Shown: piece by piece, positions 1 through 13,600 of the stretch
Layout of the letters: each line of letters begins with the position of its first letter
How positions within the stretch are numbered: position 1 is the stretch's first letter
Assembly: GCA_965287045.1 (NCBI GenBank)
Contig: OZ336888.1
Location: forward strand, 10,602,001-10,666,000
Origin: Carcharhinus amblyrhynchos
Lineage: Eukaryota
Length of the DNA: 64,000 bases
Direction: 5' to 3'
The notes under the pieces: model-generated
What the model saw: the letters and a program-made list of their open reading frames with translations, nothing else
Databases searched by the model: none
What the model was told of the DNA's origin: nothing
Translations under genes and position numbers: made by a program

Positions 1-114
1 GAACAGAAGATTGGACAGAATGATTAAAGACAGAAAGAATGACAAAAAATGATCGAGGGAGAAATTAGAATTTGAGAGAAAGATAACTTGTAATATAAAA
101 ATAGGTAGTAAGCA

Positions 115-388
115 GGGGCGGCACAGTGGCATAGTAGTTAGCATTGCTGCTTTACAGCACCAGGGATTTGGGTCCAATTCCTGGCTTGGGTTATTGTGTG
201 GAGTTTGCACATTCTCCCCGTGCCTGCGTGGGTTTCCTCCTGGTGCTCTGGTTTCCTCCCACAAAGATGTGCAGGTTAGGCGCATTCGCCATGCTAAACT
301 CTCCCTCGGTGCATTAAACAGGCGCCGGAGGGTGGCGAATAGGGGATTTTCACAGTAACTTTGTTGCAGTGTTAATGTAAGCCTACTT
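115..388 (+). mobile_element. HE1-like tRNA-derived SINE, tail type A. Other copies: ~2520-2815(-), 12640-12884(-), 15970-16272(-), 16803-17000(+), 19915-20190(-), 21436-21712(+), 34030-34257(-), 39443-39720(+), 48778-49058(+), 58900-59210(-)
   Basis: tRNA-like head with A box (tggcacagtggttagc) and B box (ggttcgattcc), core gggtttcctccgggtgctccggtttcctcccacagtc, and tail ggattttcacagtaacttcattgcagtgttaatgtaagcctacttgtgacactaataaa. Confidence 0.85.
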
Positions 389-1832
389 GGAACTAAGAGA
401 TTCTACAAAAATTTAAAGGCTAGAGGCAAACAAGGAAATGGCAGGTGTGTTAAACAAGTACTTCTTCGTTGCACTTGTGAAAATCAAGATGTGAAGGGGA
501 GGAAGGAACCTAAAACAGTCATCATCACAGGAAAAAGATGCTGAGGAAGCTTTTAGACCTAAATGCTGACAGTCCCCATGACCAGATGGGGTCTGTCAGC
601 TTCCCTCTTAGCCACTCACTATCCTAGCTTGGAAATATACTGCCGTTTCTTTGCTGGTTCGAAATCCTGGAATTCCCTCCCTAATGGCATTGTGGGTCAA
701 CTCACAGTTCATGGACTCCTGTGTTTCAAGAAGGCAGCTCACCGCCGCCTTCTCCAGGGCAACTAGGGATGGACAATAAATGCTAAAGTTTATTTATTTG
801 TCACAAGTAGGCTTACATTTACACTGCAATGAAGTTACTGTGAACATCCCCTACATGCTGGCCCCAGCCTGCAAGCGACGCCCACGTACCACGATTGAAT
901 AAAAGAACATTTGCATGCCAAACAGTGGAAATGGCACGTGATAGGCACAGCTCACAGCCAACAACAGGTCAGGTCCGAGCTCTGCAGTCCTGCCACGTCC
1001 TATCGGAATAATGCTGAACAGTTCAGTAACTAACTGTATTAGGAGGCTCCACAAATGCCACAGCATATCACGGAGTGGCACATCGTTTGATCCCTGATTT
1101 ATCGATCATAGTGTTTAACTGAGGTTCAATCCGCTTGTTCAAGTGAAACTATAACAGGGACACAGGACGTAATTTTAAGTCCCCGCCGCAATGTGGACAG
1201 AGCTGTAAACGGCACAAACTGAGCAAAAGTCCATTGGCGCCGGCGGGAGTTGTAAAATTCTGCCCACGGAGTTCCTTCTGCATCCCTCATCCAACTCAAT
1301 CAAAAACACTAATGGATTGTGCATCTTGGTTGCTGTTTTTGCAGGCGGTGGTTACATACAAGCGGGCACAAGTTCAAGATAAGGAGGGGGGGGGGGGAAG
1401 GTTCAATGGAGGTGCGCGGGGGAAGATTTTATTTTGTACAGACAGTGGTGGAATACGCTGCCAAGTGAGGTGGTTGGGGCAGTTACGTTAGCCACATTTA
1501 AGACTTACCGCGATAGACGTACGAACAAACGGGGAAGAGAGGGATAATAAGTGGTTGGTTGAGATAGGTAAACGTGATCTGTGCAGGCTTGGAGGGCTGA
1601 AGGGCCTGTTCCTGTGCTGCACTGTTCTTTGACCAGTGCAATTAACTATAACGAGTGTTATAAGCAACTTGGGATGACCTGATACGTGTTAAAGGTGCCA
1701 TATGAATGCAGAATCTCCTTTTTCAGGCAAAGATCACTAAGCAGAGATGAAATCAAATGCGAGAAAACGAGCAGACCAACAAGTGCTGGTTTACATTAAA
1801 GGGTTTACATATATTGAAAAAAAAAATCATAC

Positions 1833-1927
1833 CTATTTATTGAATGGATGGCTTTCAGAGTGCAGAATATGGCATCTCTTACATCCGGCTGCAGAGTTCC
1901 CTTTGCCTTTAAGATCTCTATGAAATA
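1833..1927 (-). CDS. ARHGEF39: ARHGEF39-like Rho-GEF coding exon (DH domain), 95 nt, phase 0 to 2
   Basis: Translates YFIEILKAKGTLQPDVRDAIFCTLKAIHSIN(R), matching the YF-x-ILKAKGTL motif I recognise from vertebrate ARHGEF39. Acceptor ttctgttAG at 1929-1928 and donor AG|GTATG at 1832-1831. Confidence 0.9.
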
Positions 1928-2045
1928 CTAACAGAAGGCAAGTCTGTTATCCATCGATAAAAGGAAAAAAGTGAATTGAAGGGGAATCTGTATTCAAAGC
2001 ACGTATGTGTACACATTGCTGCAGTTTCCTCCATCACATGCTTAC

Positions 2046-2221
2046 CACTACAACCAGCTCCAGCTGTTCGAAGTACCTCTGCTCGGTCTCAACTAACTCT
2101 TTTGCTGTTCGGATCCTCTTTCTTTCCCAGCGTGCTCTCTGCTCCGCTATAGTGGCGTCCCCCACCGAGCACTTCAGTTGAGTCTCTCTTGCCTTTGGGG
2201 TAGAGAGTTGATCGCTGGCAG
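2046..2221 (-). CDS. ARHGEF39: ARHGEF39-like coding exon (N-terminal linker and start of DH domain), 176 nt, phase 1 to 0
   Basis: Encodes ...IAEQRARWERKRIRTAKELVETEQRYFEQLELVVV, compare human EQRARWERKRACTARELLETERRY. Acceptor ttgtttctcgcaacAG, donor GTG|GTAAG. A 118-nt intron joins it in frame to 1927. There is no ATG in the exon, so an upstream coding exon is required. Confidence 0.9.
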
Positions 2222-3570
2222 CTGTTGCGAGAAACAATTACACAAGGGTACAGATCACCACGCGTTAGGCAGAGGATTACTTAAAAGCAGGGCCTGAATT
2301 TCATCATCAACGGTTATAAAATAGGGCAACCGCTAGAATTCAGTGGCACCTTTTCACCCTTTGGTTACTGGAACATTTATTCAAGATTTGTTTTTAGTGA
2401 AACTAATCAATTAGTACTGTACATACCATGAGTTGCTGTCTCACAATACAGAGGTGAATGCAATTCTTTTAGGAAAGACAATCTTAGCTGCAAGCCAACT
2501 GATTTCAAAGACACCACATTTAAGCTTATTTATTATGGTCACAAGTAAGGCTTACATCAACACTGCAATGAAGTTACGGAGAAAATCCCTTAGTCGCCAC
2601 ACTGTTTGGGTACACAGAGGGAGAATTCATCATGGCCGATGCCACTAACCAGCAGATCTCTCTGACTGTGGGAGGAAACTGGAGCACTTGGAGGAAACCC
2701 ACGTAGACACGGGGAGAATGTGCAGGCTCCGCACAGACAGTGACCCAAGCCGGGAATCGAACCCGGGTCCCTGGCGATGTGAGGCAGCAGTGCTAACCAC
2801 TGTGCCACAGGGCCATCCCGTGAGACAAATCACAATGAATGCATTTTCGTTAAATGTCTGGCACCTAGCACACAGCTGACCAGTATTTTAAACTTGGCAT
2901 TTAATACAATTCAAGCAATCAACGTGAATTGTATTTGGGATTTTATTTTTGGGTTTTGCTGGGGGAGACTGGTGTTTGTAACTGGACCGGGGGGCACGTG
3001 AATGAAGCTCCTTCGACGTTGATTGAGATACTGCAGCTCAAGCTGTCACAAATGACTGTCTATTGATGTGCCTAATATCAACAGGGGCAGTACTAGAACC
3101 ACCACCTTCTGAAGAATTAACAGTTCAAAAAGTGACAGAAAGTAGCATGGAGAAACAAACGGTTTGTAACAATGTAAGGTCATAGAGCAAAAACAGGGGA
3201 TGAGGTTGAGAAAGATTGGAGGAAAATGTCCATGCATTTCAATACTGAAAATCCACTGCAAGGCTCAAAGCAAAAGAAAAATAATAGAAATAGTTTGCAA
3301 CAAAAAGTTTTGCAGAAGTAAAATTTAAGCAAGTGTTGCAATGTGATAATATTGTAATAACATTACAAATATTGTACTTATAAGGTATTATCATTCAATA
3401 ATAGCATGGCATGCAGTAAGTTATGTATGTTGCTTCAATAAATTAGTTGTACGATGATTGGCAAATCACAGTCATACTTGAGCTATGATAGATGAGGAAC
3501 CAGGTTCTCAGAGATATCCCAGGGGAGAGCAACCGTACCTGTACACAAAAACATGCTTCCAAAATATCGG

Positions 3571-3780
3571 TAAGAAGTCTCACAACATCAGGTTAAAATC
3601 CAACGGTTTTATTTGGAATCACAAGCTTTAGGAGCACTGCCCCTTCATCAGGTGAGTCTCACGTGATGAAGAGACAGCACTCTGAAAGCTCATGATTCCA
3701 AATAAACCTGTTGGATTTTAACCTGGTGTTGCGAGACGTCTTCCTGTGCCCATCCCAGTCCAACACCGGCATCTCCATGC
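3571..3780. mobile_element. Penelope-derived fold-back element, family A, with two decayed hammerhead motifs
   Basis: Inverted arms of ~85 bp plus the 3' tail cccagtccaacaccggcatctcc. TSD ccaaaatat(c/t)gg at 3559-3570 and 3781-3792. Confidence 0.8.
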
Positions 3781-4769
3781 CCAAAATATTGGGTTGGAGA
3801 AGTCATGAATCTTGGTAATCTGACAAGACGTTGTTATTTTGATATTGCCTGAGTTCCCAGAATATCCTTCACAGAGTCTGTCTTTGCGTCAGTTTGGTTC
3901 TTGTGCCCCTGACTCAAAAGGTCATGGGTCATAGGCCATTCCAGTATTTCAACACTTCATCGGGATTAACATCAAAGGACAATATTTGAAGGAGCACTCA
4001 GTCATTCATTACTATGTCACTTTCAAATATTGCTTTCCCCTACATAATAACCCTGATGGCATGTCCAAAGGAATGCACTTGAACACAAGAACTAGGAGCA
4101 GAAGTAGGCCATCTGGCCCCTCAAGTCTGCTCCACCATTCAATAAGATCATGGCTGATCTTTTGGTGGACTCAGTTCCACTTACCCACCTGCTCACCATA
4201 ACCCTTAATTCCTCTAACAGCTCAAAAATTTATCTATCCTTGTCTTAAAAGCATTCAATGAGGTAACCTCAACTGCTTCACTGGGCAGGGAATTCCACAG
4301 AACTGCTTGCACTGTCATTGCTCCACTGAACTGACTTTGGAGTCTCTGCATGTGCAGAATGAAGTGGAACTCCATGGGCTGCTACCAACGAATCTACGTT
4401 CCATCGTTGAATCCCGTGTTGAGATTCTCACAGACTGCACCCTCCCTTGCAATCATAAATTCATAACAACTTCCACCCCAACACTGTTAGTCTTATTAAA
4501 TGAGACGTAATTAGGTTTTTGTTAGAAACTAACTTCAAAATTACACCCTCACTGGTCTTGAAAAGCAAATCTTAGATCTGTAGAATGTCAAATTTTTCAC
4601 AATGGTTAAAAAAAATCCAGGTTTATTTAAAACCACTTTTTTCCAAAAAGTCCATTTTTGGCTTCGATTTTAATACATCTATTTAATTATTTGAAAAGTT
4701 AACTTGAAAGCAATGGAGTTAGAGTTCTTTTTAACTTCCTGGTTTGCTGTGTGGATGTAAGCACTCCAC

Positions 4770-4978
4770 TAAGAAGTCTCACATCACCAGGTTAAAGTCC
4801 AACAAGTTTATTTGGAATCACAAGCTTTCAGAGTGCTGCTCCTTCCTCAAGTGACTGACCTGATGAAGGAGCAGCACTCCAAAAGCTCATGACCCCAAAC
4901 AAACCTGCTGGACTTCAACCTGGTGTTGTGAGACACCTTGCTGTGCCCATCCCAGTCCAACACCGGCATCTCCACATC
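4770..4978. mobile_element. Penelope-derived fold-back element, family A
   Basis: Same inverted arms and tail as 3571-3780. Contains ctgatgaaggagcagcactccaaaagctc, a hammerhead-like motif with GAAA mutated to AAAA. Confidence 0.75.
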
Positions 4979-5659
4979 CTGTACTCTCCCCTGCCAGAAA
5001 CGTCTGGGGACAAGTCACTTCTGGACTTTGGAATTTTCTGGATTATAGAATGATGTTAGAAAGCTTGTGAACCTGAAAACACCAGAAACATTCACCTGCA
5101 GCATAAGGTTAAAAAAAATTATAAAGCAGTTACAAAAATTGTTTTGCTTATCCGAATACCGTAGCCAGAGTTTATCAGCAACCCCTCCCCCACCGTGGGT
5201 CTTCCTGTGGAGGAGGAGGTGACTCGCCATTGGCTGCCAGTAGGATCTTCCAGGCCCGTCAAACTCTACTGCGTTTGCATGGCTCGCCCGTCCCACCACC
5301 AGGAAACTGCAGTGAGTGCCAATTTTGGCAGGACTGGAAGGTCACACTGACAAAAAACGACTAGAAAGTCCCACCATATACTCTTCATATTTCCACCCCC
5401 AAATTATTGAACTAAAAAGATGCCGATAGTGTTGAAGTAACAGATGATTCCATGTGTTGCCTTATTTCACCAATAGTTGGACATCTGCTCTGCTTAGGCT
5501 TCAAAACTGTACAATAAAATAGACTATGCGCCACAGTAAGGAGTTAAATGCTCATGGTCTTTACTGAGCCCATGTCTTCTCAATTTATCACCAACAACCT
5601 GTCCTGGTCCCCCAACTCCTGACACTACAGTTAGGGAAACCCCACCAACGCCTCTACTT

Positions 5660-6190
5660 TTTCAGAAGACTAAGGAGATTTGTCATGTCAGCTATGACTC
5701 CCATCAACTTTTACAGGTGCACCATAGAAAGCACCCTTTCTAGTAGGATCACAGCTTGATATTGCTCCTACTCTGCCCAAGATTGCAAGAAACTACAAAA
5801 GGTCGTGAATGTCGCCCAGTCCATCACACAAACCAGCCTCCCATCCATTGATTCTGTCTACACTTCTCACTGCCTCGGCACAGCAGCATAATTGAGGACC
5901 CCACACACCCCACATATTCTCTCTTCCACTTCTTCTGTCGAGAAAAAGATAGAAATGTCTAAGGTCACATACCAACCGGCTCAAGAGCAGTTTGTTCCCT
6001 GCTGCCATCAGACTTTAGAGTGGACCTAGCTCGCGCTAACTTGATCTTTCTCTACTATGTCTCCAACACTACATTCTGCACTCTCTCATTTCCTTCTCTA
6101 TGAACAGTATGTTTTGTCTGTATAGTGTGCAAGAAACAATACTTTTCACAGTATGTTAATACATGTGACAATAATAAGTCAAATCAAATA
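5660..6190 (+). mobile_element. Rex1/Babar-like non-LTR retrotransposon 3' end; copies at ~17870-18590(-, split), 32020-32490(+), 40612-41017(-), 45595-45785(-), 45880-45975(-)
   Basis: Peptides across copies: VVNVAQSITQTS..SIIKDPTHP..GKRYKSL..TNRLKNSFFPAAIRLLN. Tail gtgacaataataa-tcaaatcaaa. Confidence 0.7.
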
Positions 6191-9100
6191 TAGCAGTGTC
6201 TGAACAGTCAAATAGTGAGAGCGTGCTTGGGTCTGCTCAAAATAATTCCCAATCAACAGGGCTTTCCAAACGATAGATTTCTGGTCCAGAGATGCGACAG
6301 ATCCCTACAATGTGATTGGTTCGCTGTTTGCTGATATCCCTGCTGCTGCATGCCAGGAAATCCCCTTAACTTGGTGCCAGTGGGAGAGCAGGAATTCCTG
6401 AACAGACTGCTAAACCTTTGCGGGGCAGTTTTAATCAAAGTCAACAACGACAGCTCCTGTTTCACTGCGAACTGCAAAATCCAGGCGTGAAGTTCAAGAT
6501 GTGAGAAGGTGACAAATGAATACAAGTACTTCATTTTCCATTTATTTTCTGTTTTCCTGTTTCTGTTGCTTTCTTCACTGATGCCAGTTATTCTTGGGAT
6601 TTCTTCCCACCCACTTGCAAGTATTAAAGTGCTAATATAATAAAACAAACACAACTTGGCAAGAAAAAAAACTTGAATTTACCTAAAAGATTTAAACAGC
6701 ACTAAGTGTTATTCCAATAATACTTGCTGGGACTTTTTCCCCTCGACTTAGGGCTGATCCACTTCAGATCAGCCATAATCTTATTGAATGGTGGGGCAGG
6801 CTCGAAGGGCTAGATGGCCTACTCCCGCTCCTATTTCTTATGTTCTTATGATCTTATAGAGGTCTACAAAATAACGAGGGACATAGATCAGCTAGAGAAT
6901 CAATATCTTTTCCCAAAGGAAGGGGAGTCTAAAACTAGACGGCATAGGTTTAAGATGAGAAGGCAGAGCTACAAGAGTCCAGAGGGGTAATTTTTTTTTT
7001 TAAACAGAGGATGGTGAGTGTCTGGAATGAGCTGTCAGAGGTAGTAGTAGAGGTGGGTACAGTTTTGTCTTTTGAAAAGTGTTTAGACAATTATGTGGGT
7101 AAGAGGGGTATACAGGGATATGGGCCAAATGTGGGCAATTGGGACTAGCTTAGTAGTTAAAAAAGGGCAGCACAGACAAATTGGGCCAAAGGGCCTGTTT
7201 CCATGCTGTAAACCTCAATGACAAATCAGTGGATTACTTTCGAAGTACGGTCATTCTTTTAGGCGCAAGCTCAGAGGGCTGAATGGCCTGTTCCTGTACT
7301 GTACGTTTCTTTGTTCTTTTGTGGTCAAGGCAGCAGCTATTTTACCACATACAGCAATTGAATGGGCGGCCAGATAATGCGTTTTGGTCATGCTGATTGT
7401 TAGGCCATCACAGGGCAAGCCATCTCTTTGCAAGACAGAAGGAAGCCACCAAAGATTGCTAGAGAAATGTTATTTGGAGAACTATTTGCAATATTGCCAT
7501 GGGTTCTTTTACAGCTGAGGTTTGATTTATTGTATCTCATTCAAAATGTGGCATCTGCACTTGGCAGCACTTCCTCAGTAATGCACTGAAGCCAAAATTG
7601 CAGTTAATATTACACCAGCCGTCAATATGTAATGCGTCAATACATACCCGTTCCCTTAAATGGCACCATGAGGGTGAATTCCCATGTCTCCGTCCCAGGA
7701 CCTGGATTTGATTCCGGCCTTGGATGACAGTCTGTGTGGAGTTTGGATGTTCTATGTCTGCATGAGTTTTCTCTGGATTTCTCTCACACTCCAAAGATGC
7801 GCAGGTTAGGTGGATTGGCCATGCTAAATTGCCCTTCAGTATCCAAAGATATGTAGGTTAAGTAGATTAGCCATTGTCAATGCATGGGTGTGGAAATAGA
7901 GCAAAGGGGAAGGGCCTGGGTGGGATGCTCTTTCCAAGAGTCAGCACAGACTCAATGGGCCTACGGTCTGCTCTGTAGGGATTCTAAGCTTCTTGAGCAA
8001 TTAAGAAAGCAAGCTGGAGAATAAAGTGAGTGTATTTTCCTGGATTAATGATTCATCATATCCATGGTATTCAAGAATAAAGAATGAAAAAGCTTTCATT
8101 CCATTCTGTCAGCTCAAAGATCAAGATTATCCATAGGAATGCCTCTACCCTCAGCATAACCTCCATCATCTGAGTCTCTGGCTCCTTCAGCTCTCAATAG
8201 TTCAGCATTTTTTCCTTCACCACCACTCATTCAGCCATCAGTAGACTGAGATCTTCAAGTACCTTCTAAGCCACTAACTTCTTCCCGACCTTCACAAACC
8301 AGTTTTCAGCCTGCTCTTGGCATTGAGGCCAATTAGTCAAAGTCGCTAATGACATTCTAAGGACAGAAGAAATAGGAGCAGGCTTTGCCTTTCGAGCCTG
8401 CGCTTTTATTTAATAAGATTATGACAGATCTCCTACCTCAACTGCAACTGTTGCACTATTCCGACACTCTTAGCGTACTAATATCTTTTGACCCGTCTTG
8501 AATCTACTCAGCAACTGATCATTGTCAGTCATCTGGGCTAGAGAATGCTGGAGATTCACAACAAAAAAAAACTCGCCTCAGTCTTATCCGTGACCGCTAG
8601 TTCTAGGTTCATCAGCCAGGGGAGACTGTGTCCCAAGGTCCATCCTGTCAAACCCCCAATGTGCTCTGTTACGACGAGATCACTTCACATTCTTCAGAAC
8701 TAACAAGGAATACAGGCCCAGTCTACTCAACTTCTTTCCGTAGAATTCCCTCATCAAGAATCAGTTCAGTAAACCTTCACAGCGTTCCCTCGAAGGGAAC
8801 TATATCCTTCCCCAGGGAAGGAGAGCAAATCTGCACACACTGCTCCAGGTGTTGTCTCACATAAGCCCTTTATAATTACAGCAAGATTTCACAACTCTTA
8901 TGTGACACTGATTTGTAATGGAATCTAACATCATTGTCACATAAATCTAAAACAGCTTTCCTAATTGATTGCTGCATCTGAATGGTAGCTTTGTGATTCC
9001 CGTATAATGGCAATTAAATTCTGCAAAAGGAAAAAACAATGTTTCCAAGTCTCTCACTATTGAAAGAATATTCAACTTTCCTATTTGCCTGAACACAGTG

Positions 9101-10244
9101 GAAAACCTCTCATTTCTCCACATTATATTCCATTTGCCACATTCCTGTCCACTCACTCACTTTGCCTACAGTTTTACAGCCTTCTCACAGCTCACTTCCC
9201 CAACCTATGTATCACGAGTAAACTTGGATACATTACAGTCATCTCATCCAAGCCACTAACATAGATTGTGAATAACTGAGACTTTGGCCATAAATCTTTC
9301 AGTGTTGACTAGCTGAAGCCAACCAACCTAAATTTTTGATCAGTCTATTCCTACTGTCCGTCTATTAATCAATCCGCGTTAATCGTAAAATCCCAACAGT
9401 GCAGAAAGAGGCCATTCTGCCCATCGAGTCTGCACCAATCACAATCCCACTCAGGCCCAATCTCTACATATTTACCCTGCTAATCCCCCTGGCATGGCCA
9501 ATTAATCTAACCTGCACATCTTTGGATGGTGGGAGGAAATCAGAGCACCCAGAGGAAATCTATGCAGACACAGGGAGAATGGGCAGCACAGTAGCACAGT
9601 GGTTGGCACTGCTGCTTCACAGCTCCAGGGATCTGGGTTCAACTCCCGGCTCGGGTCACTGTCAGTGTTGCACATTCTCCTCGTGTCTGCGTGGGTTTCC
9701 TCCGGGTACTCCAGTTTCCTTCCGCAGTCCAAAGATGTGCGGGTTAAGTTGATTGGCCATGCTAAGAGATTGCCCCTTAGTGTCCTGCGATGTGTAGGTT
9801 AGAGGGATTAGTGGGTAAAATATGTCGGGATGGGGGGTAAGATTATGTTCAGTGCAGACTCGATGGGCTGAAGGGCCTCTTTCTGCACTGTAGGGTTCTA
9901 TGATTCTATGAGAATGTGCAAACTCCACACAGACAGTGACCCAAGGCCAGGATTGAATCTGGGTCCCTAGCTCTGTAAGGCAGCAGTGCTAACCACCGTG
10001 CCACTGTGAGGTTAATATGTCATCTTCAATCCCATCAGCCCTAATTTTGTGCAATAACTTCTGCTGAATGCTCTTTGAAAATACAAATACGCCACATCTA
10101 TTGGTTCCCCCTTACTCATTATAATCTCAACAAAAATTTGTCGGACTTGATTTTCATTTCATAGATTTGTGTTAACTGCTGGCTAATCATATCATTTCCT
10201 CAGTGTCCTGTTATCACATTCCTAATCACAGACTCCAGCGAGGG

Positions 10245-10628
10245 GAGTCAATGGCGGAGTGGTATTTTCGCTGGATTATTAATCCAGGAACTCAGCTAAA
10301 GTTTTGGGGATCTGGGTTCGAATCCCGCCCCCTGTGACAGATGGTGGAATTTGAATTCAATAAAAAAAAACTGGAATTAAGAATACTGATGACCATGAAA
10401 CCATTGCCGATTGTGAGAAAAAAATATCTGGTTCACTAATGCCCTTTAGGGAAGGAAATCTGCTGTCCTTAGGTGGCCTGGCCTACATGTGACTCCAGAG
10501 CCGCAGCAATGTGGTTGACTCTCAACTGCCCTTCTGGAAAAGCCTAGCAAGCCACTCAGTTCAAGGGCAACTAGGGATGGGTAATAATTGCTGGCCAGCC
10601 AGTGAAAATGTCCCACAAATAAAAAAAC
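10245..10628 (+). mobile_element. Second tRNA-derived SINE family; copies at ~27335-27640(-), 31340-31560(+), 32505-33000(+, interrupted), 57098-57442(+)
   Basis: A/B-box head (gtggtatt..ctgga..gggttcgaatccc), shared body gaccatgaaaccattg..agggaaggaaatctg, and tail gggcaactagggatggg..gctggcc shared with the LINE 3' end at ~600-900. Confidence 0.7.
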
Positions 10629-13600
10629 ATTCTTGCTACTGAGATATGGCTGAATGTCCTTCACTTTTCATTTTCACACTCAGTACTTTCTCGAATAGTA
10701 CTGCATTTGCTACATTCCAATCCAATGCAGATTCTTCTAGAATCTAGGGAATTCCAGCAGATTGAAACCGGTGTATCCACAATCTCTGCAGCTGCTCCTA
10801 TTCCTAGAATGTCGGCCACTATTTCTTGCTTTTAGCCCCACGTCTTTCGCCAGGACTTTTCTTTACAGATGCCATTTTCTGTCAATTCCTCATTCCTACT
10901 AGACCATTGGCTCACCAATATTTTTTTTTAAGCCAGCATTTTCCAGCCTTGCCCGCAGTGGGTTTTCCCAAACCGGATGTGGCTTGCCATTGGCCGTCGT
11001 GGGGATTTTCCAGAGCTGCCAAAATCAATGCTGTTTTGCATGGCTTCATCCATCCCACTGCCAGGGAACGCATGGCGGGGTCAACATCAGCGGGATTAGA
11101 AGATCCCGCTAGTGGGAAGGGCCAGAAACTCTTGCATAAATAATTGTTTAATGCCCCTTCTGTTGCCTTATCCCCCCACTGTTTCCTTATTCCCTTTTAC
11201 GATTTTTGTTTCACTGTCTCCAAGAGAATCTCTAAGGGATATATATTTTTACTACTCTCCCTTTCTACATTCCGACAGAGCATTTGCAATCTGTTTCTTT
11301 GTCTCTTGCTAACTTAATTTTATTTCCCAATTTTTTATATGCATTTTGTGGTCCTCTTTTGCTGAATTCTGAAATCTTTACAGTCCACTGGGTCAATATT
11401 TGCTTTTCGCAACGTTATAAGCTTAATGCTTCAAACTAATGCGATCTTGAACTTGCGTTAGCCAATGTTAGACCACTTTTCCCATGGAGATTTTAATTCT
11501 GAAGGAAATGCACATTCATTTAAAATACAAATTAATTATTTAAATACTTGGCATTGCTTATCTACCGCCACTTTATCACCTAATTTCACAATCTACCTTA
11601 ACCAACTCACCCCTCAGTTTGTCTTGTTCACAATTATGACCCCAATTTCAGACTTAACTAATTACTCTCAATTCAATATAAAATTCCATGATATTATGAT
11701 CACTCTTCCCTCTGGGTATTGTGTTATCCCTCCTTGGGCTTTTCTACATTATAACTGACTAGGGGCTTTTCACAGTCACTTCATTGCAGTGTGAATGTAA
11801 GCCTATTATTAGTGACACTAATAAATAAACTTAAACTTAGCACTCCAAACTAAATGATTTTACCATTCTGAATCTGAAAGACTTGCCAGTCGTGAATACA
11901 GTGAAAAAAACAAAACAATGTGACGTTTTGCAAATTAAATGGATTGCAATCCTCCAAAATCCAAACATGACTTCTCCTCGAGTTAACCATTGCAACCGAA
12001 AACAAGTATTTGATCTTCTCAGTTCCAGCACTTAAAATACAGCCCTGTCCTGTATGAACACAAACCAAAGATGATTTTCATCCTTGAAGTCTAGGCAAAT
12101 ACACGTTTGTCGTTTAGAAAATTTATTTTGGCCTAACATTCCCCGCATTTCAAGGAATAGATCCCGAACATAAACCAGTGAATCCATTGAGCAATAAGTG
12201 ATTCTAAAGGAAAAGAAGTTGATGAAAATCTATCACCCGAAGTCCACAAATAGGTCACCAAGGCTGTCAATTTCAATCAGGTTTGTAATTAAATACATCA
12301 CTAATATAGATTTTCCTCAGATTGTCACTCGTTCTACAGACATCAAGACTGGGGCAAATCACAGTTTGCAGCCTTGAAAGTTTCAGCAAATTTACATTGG
12401 TAACCAGAAATTCAATGAACAAATACAATGCCATATCCATTCACAGTTGATAGTCTAAGATAATGTATTCTTTGGAATAAATTTTGAGCTAAATATAAAG
12501 TATGATGTGAAATTCTAGAGAACCATTTTGGTCACGAATAATTTCACTCACCCACTACTGACTATTCAGTTCTCAACCTTTAAAACAGCTCATTACATGG
12601 ACGTTTGCAAGAGAAGATTAGAAAAGTTATTGTGTCCCAAAGTAGGCTTACATTAACACTGCAATGAAGTTACTATGAAAATGCCCTAATCGCTACGCTG
12701 TTCAGGTACAGAGGGAGAATTTAGAATGGCCAACGCACCTAACTTTCTTTCAGACTGTGGGAGGAAACCCATGCAGACACGAGGAGAACGTGCAGACTCT
12801 GCACAGACAGTGAGCCAAGCTGAGAATTGAACCCAGGTCCCTGGCGCTGTGAGGCATCAGTGCTAACCACTGTGCCACCGTGCCAAATGGACAGCAAAAA
12901 CAGCACTCTTCACCAGAGAAATGAAAATTGTTCATGCATCCAGGCCCTTGACATATTCCTCAAAGTGTTTCTCCTTCAATGTATAGGGACCAGACCATCT
13001 TGCATATGTCATTGAACAAATTTATTCACAAATGGAACGCAATTCAGACGACAAGCAAGGCATTTAGCTGAGTCTGTAGCGAGTGCTGATTAGGGTTTCT
13101 GAATTTGGTTTTCATATCCTTTTACTTTACAGTTGACATCATCTCAATGCATTGGTTATTGTTTAGACAAATGGAAATTGGATATTAGCAGCAATTTAAC
13201 TAATAAAACTCTTCCATCAACTTAACCCCTCGTGGTTACTAACTTGTTAATCAATGATAATTAAGTTGAAATAGTGCCTCTATTATTAGACTGCACTCAA
13301 AAATTATTCGTCTCATCATGTGTGAAAGCTTGGTGCATTTCAGAACAGAGCAGTTTTGTTAATATTGTGTCAAATCACAAATAACAACATAAAGTTCTTA
13401 TCAACATGTTTGTAGGTCAGAATAGTTTCCTGCAAACAGGACTCTGAACACTTACCACGTAAGCTTTTGTTATTTGCTTCAAGGTTAGTGATGTGCTGCA
13501 CAGACAGGTGTGATGTCGCAAATACCCTTTTGGTGTGGCAAAGCTTTCATACCAGGACCTCACACGAGACTGTCAGCCAAGTAAAAATCAACTTGATCTC

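Noticed and set aside
115-190. tRNA-like A/B boxes at SINE heads
   Set aside because: They continue into SINE bodies and lack a full cloverleaf, so they are not tRNA genes.
2590-2879. Recurrent ORFs such as MAQWLALLPH..CTFSPCLRGFPPGAPVSSHS seen many times in the track
   Set aside because: These are translations of SINE copies, not a protein family.
13453-13570. Exon-like segment on minus with a GTAAGT donor
   Set aside because: It is open only as phase 0-0, incompatible with the phase-1 intron, and has no recognisable homology.
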